Positions 23,041-35,300 of a stretch of 64,000 nucleotides of DNA are shown here, piece after piece. The first letter of the stretch is position 1. The number at the start of each line of letters is the position of its first letter. The DNA is from Saccostrea cucullata (taxonomy: Eukaryota). The stretch spans positions 62,001 through 126,000 of the forward strand of contig NW_026939565.1 in the NCBI RefSeq assembly GCF_032062105.1, given 5' to 3'. The notes under the pieces were generated by a model, which saw only the letters and a program-made list of their open reading frames with translations, was not told where the DNA came from and searched no databases. The position numbers and the translations under genes are program-made.

Positions 23041-24655
23041 TACTCAACAAAAAGAGAAACACATATTCAGATTAATCATGATAATCTAAGTTTTTAGTTT
23101 AAACCTTAATAACTTGAGTGTGTTATGATAAAATTGTCGCATATCTGCAGTGATTTTCTTTGATCTTTGTGTGGTGATATATCCCATATCACATATCCGA
23201 TAAAACTTTCCATGCCCCTTCATATATCACTGCAGGAGGCAAAAATCAGGTCATGAGAAAAAAAACTAATTTTATATTTCACAAGTTCATAACTACAGAA
23301 AAATGGAGATGTTAAGCTATTTCTTAGCCTTTAACTAAATTAAAACACATGTATTGAACTCGGTTGAAAGTTCCCAGTCGTTCAAAAGATTAATAAATTT
23401 TGAAATTTTGAAAGTTACGGAAAAATCTCCAAACTTTATATCGTTAAACTCCTTGATATTTGCTTCTTTGATTTCACATTTGTCGAATGCTAACCTCAAA
23501 TACAAATTGTCAAAATCTTCAAACTCAGTTAAAAAGTCAAAGACAAATTCACTAAGAACGTCCGACATGTTGGAGAGCCAGCTTGAAATGAATTTTAAGT
23601 TTATGACTCTGAATATCTTTTTTTTAATTTTGACACTCTCAATGAAATTTACGTCATCAGACATGCGACAAGTTGCTTACATCATAGAAGCCGAGTAGTA
23701 TTGATTATATCGTTTTCATGGGGCGTGGAAATAGAGGGCGCGGGGCGCCCGAGATTTACACGCCCCATGAAAACGATATAATCAATACTACTCGGCTTCT
23801 ATGATGTAACCTATACATCAAACATGTCCTGTTTGTTCCAAATTGGCAAGTAAAGTTGGCGTCATTGACATTGACGTCGCCTCCAAATTCCAGAGGCATA
23901 CGTCTTAACCAATCCATGTGTCCTTTGCGACCTCTAAGCGCTGGTGGATTTCCCATGCACGGACGTTGTGCACGAATACCAGCTCCTCTCAGTCTCTTGT
24001 AGCTGCAATAATGTAGCGCTCTCCGAATTTTTTAATCTGATGTTTTCTGGAGACCCCCCCCCCCCCCCCCCCCCAAAAAAAAGGAGAGGGTTGTACATTT
24101 CTTGCGAACAATTTGTGCACTTTATGTTGATTTCAGCAGTTTGTATAGCAGTTCTGAGTCGATTGCTTCAGGGGCTGAAGGAGGATCTGACGGTCCTGTC
24201 TAGGTGTGGTAACCCGGTGACGGCTGTTCTTGCTCAGTCATCCGTGTTCCTAGCTGGTGGAGACGTGCGTTTAACTGCTGCAAAGCCGATTGATGTACGC
24301 CAAATGCAGTTGCAACTTCCAGTTGCGTAGCTCCGGTTAGTATCATTGTTAGAGCCTTGTTGCGTTCATCTTTGTTTAGGCGTGGCATTGCAGCATCAAC
24401 ATTAATTCCAATCAAAGCAAAAATATGGGTTTAATAGGAGTGTTTATTATTTCTCTAAATCCAAAATTTCAGTGAAAATAGATCCCGGATTTACAAGAAA
24501 TCAATGAAAAAACTATTTTCATAAACATGATTAATCAAGGGAAATAATTCAACGATTGGGATTTAAAAGCCCATGATGTACTTTAAATAGGTCACAGCTA
24601 TCCAATGATAAAAAAGATAGTTGTTAAACAATATGTGTTTCTTTTTTGTTGAGTA
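23041..24655 (-). mobile_element. Defective Tc1-like element with a nested hairpin element
   Basis: TIR TACTCAACAAAAA(G/A)AGAAACACATATT with TA flanks. Transposase N-terminal remnant MPRLNKDERNKALTMILTGATQLEVATAFGVHQS (24200-24388) and further decayed coding sequence to ~23880. Confidence 0.85.
23677..23809. repeat. 133-bp hairpin (cassette D) with ~50-bp perfect arms
   Basis: TTACATCATAGAAGCCGAGTAGTATTGATTATATCGTTTTCATGGGGCGTG and its exact reverse complement, with GGGCGC-GGG-GCGCCC at the tip. Confidence 0.92.
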
Positions 24656-25865
24656 TATATTTTTCTTCAAAACATGTAAAGGGAAAAAATATTAGTAATC
24701 AATTATTGAATTAGGAAAAAATCAGCATCTGATACAGTACATGATAAATTCCTTTGTTAATAAAAAAAAATGTCGAGAGATAAATGTATCGCAATTAAAA
24801 ATCGGTTTTAACAGTTTCAAGGAACTGAAAGCAGAGATTTTAGGTAAACTATTATAAACTATTGTGAATACTACAAAAATATTGACAAAGGAAAGTAGAA
24901 ATAATCATTTGTAAGATCATTCTAATTTGGTGAAAATGACTAAAATGGTTCTCATTATCAAACTCTAATAGGACAATTCATTGTATTCATTCGAATATTT
25001 ACTTCGAAAGTTACTCTTAACATGGGTTCATTTATAATAGAGAACACTACCTGATACTGTATTGACATTTTCTTGCTTCCTTAATGTTAAAGTAAATGCC
25101 GAATAAAAACATGAATGGTATTGTTTTCATTTTGAATAATTTGTCTTACTAACAATTTAATCAGTCAGAAGATAAGGAACATTGATCAATCAAGTAAACA
25201 AAACGAACCGTAACAGGACCAAAGCATTGTCCTTTAAATGCAACGGAGATAAGATCAGGTGCCTAGGAGGAGTAAGCAGCCCCAGTTTACGGGTCACACA
25301 TGCCCTTATACATGTATTTATGAAGTAAGATTGTCATCCAGTGGCAGAGATTCACAACACCAAAGTCCAAGGTGTATCATTTCTCGATTATTTTTGTTTA
25401 TTGTATGATGTAGCCACATCTTATTGCATGTCTGACCTTGGTTTTTATCGCAAACACTTCACAGCTTATACAGTGTGAAGACTGTCTGATAATTAAATAA
25501 AATGTACAAATGATGGCACAATATTATGTGCAATAATAATGACAGTAGCTTGACTTTGACAAAAGATAATAGATTTTTTTTCTTCTTGAAAACTTTGAAA
25601 CGGCAGTTCAGATTATTCAAGGAATGAGAAACATTATTTTTTTTTAGGAGGCAGTTTTTAAAAATTCTGTAAGATTTGTGCTTGCTGTATTTTTTTTCTT
25701 CTAAATGATGGTTGTCAATCTAAACTTTGTCGCTTACTTTTACATTAGGGATGCAAACGGGGTAAGTTTTATAATGTAAATTTAAATGAACTACGTATTA
25801 AGTAAGGTCTATCTTCACCGGAGTTGTTAATTACTGAGTATTTAAATGAGTATATCATTTTAAAT

Positions 25866-26254
25866 AAGGCCCCCAAAAGCAATAGTTTCCTGCTAACAGC
25901 CTGGAAAAAAATAGATAGCGAGCTAAGGTATGTAGGAAAAATGTTTATTTTTTTAATTTAATTTCATTTTTTCACAACTGTATTTTTTGGATATGAACTA
26001 ACACAAACCCAAATTAAACATCAATATTGTCTTTCAAAATTAAATTCCTTGCCTTTTGATGCATAACTCAAGTAGTATTGTATTAAAGTCCATATTTAAA
26101 ACATATATTTCATGAAATACCACTTGTATATAAATTTTTTCACTTTTGAAACATGAAATTCCAGATTTTTCCCCCAAAACTAAAAAAACTTAAGGGTCGG
26201 GTGCAAATAATAGGGTAGGTCGGGTAGCAGGAAACAAGACTTTTTTCAGCCTTA
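25866..26254. mobile_element. MITE (TAAGGC...GCCTTA ends, GGGTAGG-rich), related to 60735-61111
   Basis: Imperfect terminal inverted repeats containing GTTTCCTGCTA / TAGCAGGAAAC. Confidence 0.55.
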
Positions 26255-26572
26255 ACATGCTAAACTTTTCATTAGTACATGTTAATATCCGATAACAATG
26301 GTAATGCAATTTAATCAATATTAATTTTGTAAAATTGAAAATAGTTTCCCTAATTATAAATAGATAGGAAATATTTCATTCAAATGCTTTTTAATTTAAA
26401 AGAAAGAAAGAGAACACCCATTTCTTGTAAAATTAAAACATAAAGAAATACTAGTAACTTTTGAGCTACCCATTCTCTAATTATGTAATCAAGAACAATT
26501 TGTGAACAGGAAAATATCTTTCAGATATCATACATTGATTAGGATAATGCATGTTACGTTGTTGGACGCAAA

Positions 26573-28003
26573 ATGTCGTCAAGATGTGCATTGAATGCTT
26601 TAAGCCTCTTCATTTCAGCATTAATGGTTATTTCCAGTAATGGCCAGAGCCAATTTGCTTCAGTTTTGCACGATTCTTTGTTCAAAGGTAACTACACACC
26701 TTATATTCATCCTCACGTTAACTGTGGTAAGAATGCTACTTATGTAACGATCGATCTTGGCTTGCGAGAAATTGTGGATTTATCCGAAAAACAAGAGACC
26801 ATTAAACTGAAGATTTGGGTAAGACTTAACTGGAAGGACTGCAACTTCGTCTGGAATTCTTCTAAATTTAAAGGAATTTCGCAGATAGGACTCCCGTATG
26901 ACAAACTCTGGGTTCCAGATGTGACCTTATATGAAAGTATTGATGATATTGCAAACATGCCGGATATGAAACAGTACAGAGCCTTGATAACAAACACAGG
27001 AGCCATTCAATATCAGTTTCCAACAACAGTACACGTGACATGCGGAATGAATATTTCCATGTTCCCATACGATCAGCAAATGTGTACTCTAACATTTGGT
27101 TCATGGATTCATTCAAACAGCGAAATAGAGATGTTCAGTAAATCTGAAAGCGGAGATCTCTCTTCCTTTGTCAACCACCAAGAGTGGATCGTCGTTAGTC
27201 TAAAAGCAACTAAGCTGACAGAACTATACACGTGTTGTAAAGAACCTTTCTCCAGCATTTCCTATAAACTGGTGATAAAACGCAAGGCCACCTTCTACAT
27301 AATCACAATGATTTTGCCTTTCTTTGCACTCACTATATTATCTATTGCTGGGTTCATCTTGCCATCCGCCTCTGGAGAAAAAATAGACTTCCACATGAAC
27401 ATTCTTTTAGCAGTCACAGTCTATTTGCTCCTCATTCAGAACTCACTGCCCGCATCGTCTGAGTTCTTTCCAAAAATCGGAATCTACTTCATTATTACCC
27501 TCCTTTTAATTTGTTTGTCCTGCGTGATGTCAGCAATCGTAGTATACCTGTTCTACCATGATCTCGGTGGGAAACAGATGCCCAAATGGGTCAAAAGAGT
27601 TTTGGTGGATGGACTAGGTCGACTGATGTTCATCACACAAGACAATGTGATACGCTTCAAAGCTCAACAATCTTGTGAAAAGGAACCAGCAGAAAAGAAA
27701 TTGGAGGACATGAAAAGACCAAAGGTCAAAAAGAGTAGGAAGATTGTAAAGCCAGCAGTTTTATGTGAAATTCAGAACGCTGTTTATGAAGGCTGGGAAA
27801 GCGAAGTAGGAAAGGTACGTCCGCGAGACCCTAATAGTGTGGGCTTCTGGGAAACCGAAAGGTCCAACAAAAAGATGAATGAGTGGGAATTGCTGGCCTA
27901 TATATTGGATAGATTCTTTACCGTTCTTTATACTATTGCCGTATTCCTTAATACGGTTGCCTTTCTTATTGTCTTTAGTCAAAATGATGCACCCTCAACT
28001 TAA
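26573..28003 (+). CDS. nAChR-like alpha-type subunit, single-exon CDS (copy 3)
   Basis: 476-aa ORF with Cys-loop, YTCCKEP, GEKIDFHMN and four TM segments. Confidence 0.95.
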   Translation: MSSRCALNALSLFISALMVISSNGQSQFASVLHDSLFKGNYTPYIHPHVNCGKNATYVTIDLGLREIVDLSEKQETIKLKIWVRLNWKDCNFVWNSSKFKGISQIGLPYDKLWVPDVTLYESIDDIANMPDMKQYRALITNTGAIQYQFPTTVHVTCGMNISMFPYDQQMCTLTFGSWIHSNSEIEMFSKSESGDLSSFVNHQEWIVVSLKATKLTELYTCCKEPFSSISYKLVIKRKATFYIITMILPFFALTILSIAGFILPSASGEKIDFHMNILLAVTVYLLLIQNSLPASSEFFPKIGIYFIITLLLICLSCVMSAIVVYLFYHDLGGKQMPKWVKRVLVDGLGRLMFITQDNVIRFKAQQSCEKEPAEKKLEDMKRPKVKKSRKIVKPAVLCEIQNAVYEGWESEVGKVRPRDPNSVGFWETERSNKKMNEWELLAYILDRFFTVLYTIAVFLNTVAFLIVFSQNDAPST

Positions 28004-28055
28004 TTTTTATATGAGGCATGTCACTCGCAATTTTTATATGAGGCATGTCACTCGC
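28002..28055. repeat. 27-bp perfect tandem duplication at the stop codon of copy 3
   Basis: AATTTTTATATGAGGCATGTCACTCGC occurs twice in tandem. Confidence 0.9.
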
Positions 28056-28929
28056 CTGCTCTTGAGAAATAAATTCATTTGATCAGAACTTCTAACATTA
28101 TTAATATGCATTTCAATTTAACTTTTATAACATATTTGATTTTAAATAAAAGCAAATTAAACATTTTTTTAAAAAATTGTCTTAGTGAGATGCATGGGGA
28201 ATATTAAAGGCAGGATATTAAAAAGAAAATTCACAAAAAAAGTTTTGTTTTATTTAAACTACATGTATGTTTAAACTTTGGTTCTGAATGTTTCACTAAA
28301 AGAAAATTTCATGTTATTATTTTTATGGCAGGTCCATCCAAAATAGGTTTCGAATGATATTTTAGAATAAATTGCATAAACACCGTTTAAAAAAATTGCA
28401 GCTTTATTGGAAAGTCGATGAACTTACTTTATTTTCTGCTAATAAATGATCATAATTTTATCCATGCCTGAAAATTTACATCACTGTCCCAAAAATAATT
28501 AAACTGCTGTAAAAAAAAAATTCAGACGCATTGTATTATAGCATATTCTAGAAGTGGTGTAAATAAGACTTGGATTCTAAGAAAATCGAGAGAACTTTTA
28601 GAAAAGGTTAAAATCTCTAACTTCTCAAACGTCAGCAGCAGGAAACGTACGAATTTTCTACACGTACACAACTTTTCCAAACAATGAATAAAAGTACTAT
28701 GCTTTTTGATTGATGCTGTTGGAAAGCATTGCAACAATGTGTGTATATGAACCAATAATTGAATACACACAATAAGCTAAAATTATTCCAATAGTTTCCA
28801 ATAACCAGAAGTCTCTGACAAGACTGTAGCTATACTGGTTTATGCTTATAACGAAGGAAGAGAAAGGTAGCGTTTGAATTTGATTTGCAACAGCAATAAA
28901 TTTTTATCATTGTTTAGTCATTTTCTTGG

Positions 28930-29570
28930 CAAGATTACTAGTAATTGAAAACTGACCAAAACTGTAGGAGGAATAGCACTCTGAAAGTATTTCAAAATTT
29001 TTCTCTACTTTTAGTAATCATGGCAATCAAAAAACCGATATACAGAATTATGAATCCAAGTGAAGTCTACTTGGATGCTAAATTATATTGAAATCAGACC
29101 TAAACTGTAGGAGTAGCATTCTGAAAATAATTCAAAGAAATTTCTTTTTCTAGTAACCATGGCCACACCATTCATAGAATATATAGAATTGTGTTCCTTG
29201 TTGTAGTATACTTGTGTGTAAACTTATATTGAATTCAGGCCCAAAATGTAAAAGGAGTAGCATTTTGAAATATGTCGCAGAAATTTCTGTTTTTAGTAAC
29301 CATGGCAACACCGTTCATCGACATCTAATACCGATAAAGTGAATGACGAATCTTACGGTTTTCAACGTGTGTGCCAACTTATATTGAAATCAGATCAAAT
29401 CTGTTGAAAGGGTAGCATTTTGCAAATATTTCAAAGAATTTTCTTTTTTAGTACACTATATACGCAACACTGTTCATTCATATCAAAAACTGATTAACAA
29501 AATCATATATCTCAGTGTAGTCTTCTTTTATGCAAAGTTATATTGAAATCAGACAAAAACTGTAGGAGGG
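28930..29570. repeat. Degenerate ~135-145 bp tandem array (Helentron-associated type)
   Basis: Recurring TAGTAACCATGGCAAC ... TATATTGAAATCAGACC ... AACTGTAGGAG..TAGCATT, about 4-5 units. Confidence 0.7.
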
Positions 29571-32365
29571 GTCTTCGTCCAGTAGAGCTTAAAATGTGCA
29601 ACTTCTTTTTATTCCATAAAACAATATTGACTGGCAAAATTCAAAACTTTTACAGAAGAAATAAAATAACACTATTATTAATTCGTTTGTTTTTTTTAAT
29701 ACTCAATGTGACATCTAGTAAACAAAGATAAAAATCAGTAGAGTAAAGAATTTTCTATGGGGAGAAGCATGCTGTTTTAAAATAAAAAGTTTCCAATTAA
29801 TTACCTTTGGTAACAAGTCAGCAACAGTATGAAAGTGATAGTCAAATTTGAAAAAAGCGCATCACTTTAATAACATTGAAAAGCCAATGGAAGAACATGG
29901 CCTTAAACTAATGGTGGAACACGTTCTGTGTTAGTTATAGTTAAGATTTGTAGCAATTTTTGTCAGGATTTCACTTCTTGATTAAAACATAACAAATAAA
30001 AACTGTAACAAGCTGAGAACATAATAATAAAAACAATACATATATATGTGTAAAACAAATCTATTGTCTCTCTTAATAATTAAACTGAGGCCAACACTAC
30101 ATATAATGCAATGAGGAATGAAAATACTAAAGCCATCCGGCAAGCATTTCTGCGCCATTTATATTAGTAATAATGAGAAATTACAAGACACAATGAATTT
30201 GATTTGACTTGGATACAAGCAAAATGATGTCAATATCACAAAGTACGAAGCAATCTAAAAACAAACATGTTAACTGTACACGGCAGACTTAGGCTCGAGA
30301 TTCAGTTCCCCGAATTTTACATATATATGTCCATCAACCTCTACAATGTACAGAAACCCTCTTCCAACTCTTTCTAAAGGATACATGTATGTTCAACGGT
30401 AACTCCCAAAGGACTAAAAAAGAATCCTTATACATTGCTGCTATGCATAATCCACTATAAAAAATTTCAAGCATTTTTACATTTCATTTTTGAGATTGAA
30501 AAACTGGAAATTTATAAAATTTAAGGGCTAGTTCCAATATTATAATCAACAATATACAAGTTTATTTTTCTATGCTGCAAAAATTTACTATTTATGTTAC
30601 AAATCTTAAATATTCTATTGAAATTGACTAAAAAAGCACTTCTTTTCTTGAAATAAACTTTCAAAGGTGAACACATGTATGGAAAGATTCAATATCTTCC
30701 ACAAAAACTCTCTAGTTCTGTAACCCCTCGGGACTTCGGGTGAACTTTCCCTATTATGCCATAAAAATCATCAGATTTTAAATAACATACAATGTGCTCT
30801 AAAAGGTTAAAGTGTTGCTGAACCAAACACAGTGTAGCTATTTATGAGCAGTGATAAAATTCTGTGATTAAAATGACAACATTGACAGTGCATGAAATAA
30901 TCTCACAGGATATGTACATCTAAAGATACCAATTAACCGGTATATAGGAAAATATAATGACTTTGTCCAAGGAACGATGAAAAATAATCACAGCACCAAT
31001 CCATCTAGTTAATACTAATCTGATATAGAGGCCATGATGTCCAATCCTAGCACTAAGTTAATATCACAAGAAGGTGGAAAAATATCTGATTCACAGAACT
31101 CTGAAAAAGTGTTATTACACGAAAAAGTCTGTTTAAATTAAATACATTGTACAGATATAAAAGACAATACAAGGTATAAAGTCGTTTTTGCCTCTAATAT
31201 ATTTGATTCATATAAAAGACTATGACTTAAGCCATTAATTTTGCAATGGACAAATTTAAGTAGGGTTACAATGAAGATGAGTGATAAAAAATGCTTTGTG
31301 GTTGAGAATTGAACACAGTGAAATTTGTATCAGAGAAAATTTGTAATTTTTTTTTGAATAAGTAAAAAGCTAATGCAATGTATCAAAAATTGTTTGGCTG
31401 TTTCAAAACTTTATTGTTTCCTATCAATTCATGGTAGTATACAAAAGTACCTTTTTTCACTAAAAGCAGTTTCATTGGGAAAGAGAAATTTGATAATGAT
31501 ATATTTCTTTAAAATTAAATTTCAATGTTCTAAGACTCAAAAGGTGAAAGAATACATATGTAAAATACCATGCACAAACATTTTCTTACATCAATGATTT
31601 AATTGACATAATATTTTTGAACATCCTACTCCCAAAAAACAAAAATTTAACTGGAGAAATAAGAAGAATGATTACAATAAAAAATAATAATACTAATAAA
31701 TATGAATAGGTACACACAAATGTTGAAGCTGCCAAAGTAAATTCTACTTTCTTCTAAAATTCAAAAATTTTTCAATGTACAAGAACACATGTGAAAAGGG
31801 AAAAGATACAGTTACCTTTAAATTTCTAGTTTTCAATATATGGGTATAATCTTTAATTAAAGTGACACTTTCCTTGCAGCATCAACTATAACCTTACCCT
31901 TTCTTAAACCTTCAAAAATAATCTGTACCCTTACAAACAACCTTTTCAAAAATTTTAACAACCATGCTTTGTGGTCCTGCTTCCATCAAAAACAATTTTC
32001 ATTACAGCAGAAAATTTCCCCAAATATTATGAAAGTAGTTTGAAAAATCTAATTACTACACAAAAGTAAAGTATAGCATTGAGATCTGATAAATTATGTG
32101 ACTCTAAAACATTGAAAAGAAATTTAGAGTGTATACATCGTTAAGACAAATTTGGGATCATATACAAGTCCTGTGCTGTGAAATTTTGCTTGGCTCTTTG
32201 ACATTTAAAGTAACTACATCAACAATAGAATAACTAAAGGAAAAAATTACCAACATAAACAAACACAATAAAGTTTTATCACAAAATAATTGTTGAATAA
32301 ATACTGAAAAATCAATCTGCAGGATCCGTCTGTCTTTTTAATACCGTCATTTTGGTGACAAAAAA

Positions 32366-35300
32366 TTATGTGCTGCCACCTTGTGGACGCAGACTGTCTA
32401 AAATGGATCTCAGGATGTTTTCAACTGTAAAAGAAAATAAAACCTAAATTAGAACTATAAATATTCATCAATACAACACTGTAAAATAAATTTTACGATG
32501 GTATGCACATTTTACAGCCATTTTAAATCTCTTCCAGTTTATAAGTCAAATTCACAAAGGCCAGAAAAAATGGATATTTACAAATCATTTTATAGTATTT
32601 CTAATAATTCTTACAAAAAGTTTCATTTTTTAAGACAAGTTTTTTTATACATCTGGGTTGCACAGGAAGAATTTCAATGGATTGTTTATGTCACAGATTA
32701 TTCATATAGATGTAAATATTAGATCTATATACCTTTATTCATAACTCTTCCTTTTTTTAATTGCTTAATTAAATATCACTTCCTAGAGATTATGGATACA
32801 AACATGCATAACCAGAACAGAAATGTTCTACCTTCCTTAAAAATATGATTTTTATCTGGAGCAGTTTACAAGTTAAAAAGATGCAGACAAAAAGGCAATT
32901 AAAATATGAATTAATGGACAAAAAAATTTGACCGTAGGTGACTTTTTTAATAATGAAAAAATGGTGTGGCATTTTGTATATGATGCATTATTCCTAAAAA
33001 AAGGTCGATTTAGTTTGTTAGGTGTTCTATGAAAAGGGAATCATAATAATACAAGCACAGTAAGTCTTTCGAAGGAAGTCAGAGGAGCATATTGCAAAAA
33101 CAAAATTAAAAAAAAAAGAAATATTTCCTGTGTGATTTTTCTTTCAATTCTTATTCTTTTTAACCGCTTACAAAACATTTTTCCCTTCTCTGAAATTTCA
33201 ATCAACAGGAACACAATAAATGAATAAGCTGTTATATATTACATTGTAAAAAGCATTAACGACTTTAATTAACAGGACACATAGGTCCTCATAGCAAAGC
33301 AGTAACAGGAAAGTGTAGATGTCTTTTATAATACATGTACTAATATTTCCTCATTTGGTTAGGTTCCTTTGAAACATCTGTGAAAGAAACATGTGGTCAA
33401 CATTGCTATGGAGCATTTGCATTTTATTTATCTTAACACCTTTGAATGTTTCAAGTGTTAATCAGAACATCTCACTGTTATACAAGACTTTGTTTGGAGG
33501 TGACTACATACCAACTCTTCACCCTCACTGTAGTGAAAATGCCATGAACGTAACAATTGATGTTGGCCTGCGAGAAATCGTGGAATTATCTGAGAAAAAT
33601 GAGGCCATTAAACTCAAAATTTGGGTCAGGCTTATATGGAATGACTGTAACTTTGTATGGAATGCTTCAGAATTTGGTGGAATTTCTGAAATAGGAGTAC
33701 CGTATGACAAACTCTGGATCCCAGATGTGACTTTGTTTGAAGGTATTGATGATATTGCAAACATGCCGGATATGAAACAATACAGGGCCTTGATAACAAA
33801 CACAGGAGAAATTCAGTACCACTTTCCAACAACAGTGCACATGACATGTGGAATGAATATTTCTATGTTCCCATACGATCATCAATTGTGTACTATGACA
33901 TTTGGTTCATGGATACATTCAAACAGGTATATAGAGATGTTCAGCAAATCAGATAATGGGGATCTCACTTCCTTTGTCAACCACCAAGAATGGATAGTGG
34001 TCAGTCTAAAAGCCGCTAAAAGGATCAATGCATACATCTCCCGTAAAGACCCCTTCTCCAGTGTTTCCTACAAACTGGAGATAAAACGCAAGGCCACCTT
34101 CTACATAATCACCATGATTTTGCCTTTCTTTGCCCTTACTATATTATCCATTGCCGGATTCTTTTTGCCATCCATCTCTGGAGAAAAAATAACATTCCAC
34201 ATGAACATTCTTCTGGCAGTCACCGTCTTCTTGCTTGTCATCCAGGATACACTACCGTCATCTTCTGAATTCTTTCCCAAAATAGGAATCTACTTTCTAA
34301 TCACCCTTCTGCTCACCTGTCTGTCCTGTGTGATGTCTGCCATAGTTCTGCACTTGTTCTACCACGACTTCAGTGGTCAACAGGTGCCAGAGTGGGCCAG
34401 TCTAATTCTGATTGAGAAACTTGGTCGCCTGATGGGCATGAAACAACATTATCTTCATCCTGCCCAATCTCATGAAAGTAGTCTTAAAGAAAGAAGCGAG
34501 GAACTGGCTGAAAGAAGCAGTGTGATTCCCACAAACAAAAGCAAAAAGAATAGAAAGAGTATCAAGTCACTCTACTCTCAGGCCTTTGAGAATTCTGTCT
34601 ATGACAATTGGGAAAAGGGTGAAGTTCAGGGACAAGACCAAAAGAGAACTAGTTTCCAGGAAACGGACAAGTCTGCATCCTCTGAAGCCAGGAAGAAACT
34701 GAACGAGTGGGAAATGCTGGCCTATACATTGGATCGATTCTTTACCGTTTTCTATGTTTTTGTTACAACTATTAACACTATTGCTTTCCTTATTGTAATG
34801 AGTGAAAATGATAATTAGCAAATCAGTTAAAACAAGATTTTGGAGGAAATATATTCCCAAGGGGAAGAGAATTGTAATTGTGTCATATATTGCCTTTTTG
34901 TACTATAGAAACAAAATCTTTCTAGTAAATCAAATTTCAGCACAATATACATGTAGGAAAGTAATGCGTCATATTTAAAAGAAATATAAAACAAATCAAA
35001 AAATATTTTCATGTGGACAAAGATTTGTGGTTTGTTAAAAAAAATATAGTTTGAGAATTGCTTTCACGGTTAAATATTTGCTGGGTAAAATTATCTTTGT
35101 AAATTTTACATTTATATTTCATGGTCCCCATACCTTGAAAACAATAAAAATTAAGCCCATTTAAAAAAATCCTTGAAAAAAGTCTTAAAATATTCTTATG
35201 TTTATCAAGTGTTTATTTGATACAATGAATTTATTCTTTGAAATGAGTGTACATGCTGTAGTTGTGCCACTGACGCCATTAAACCTGAATAACAATTCAT

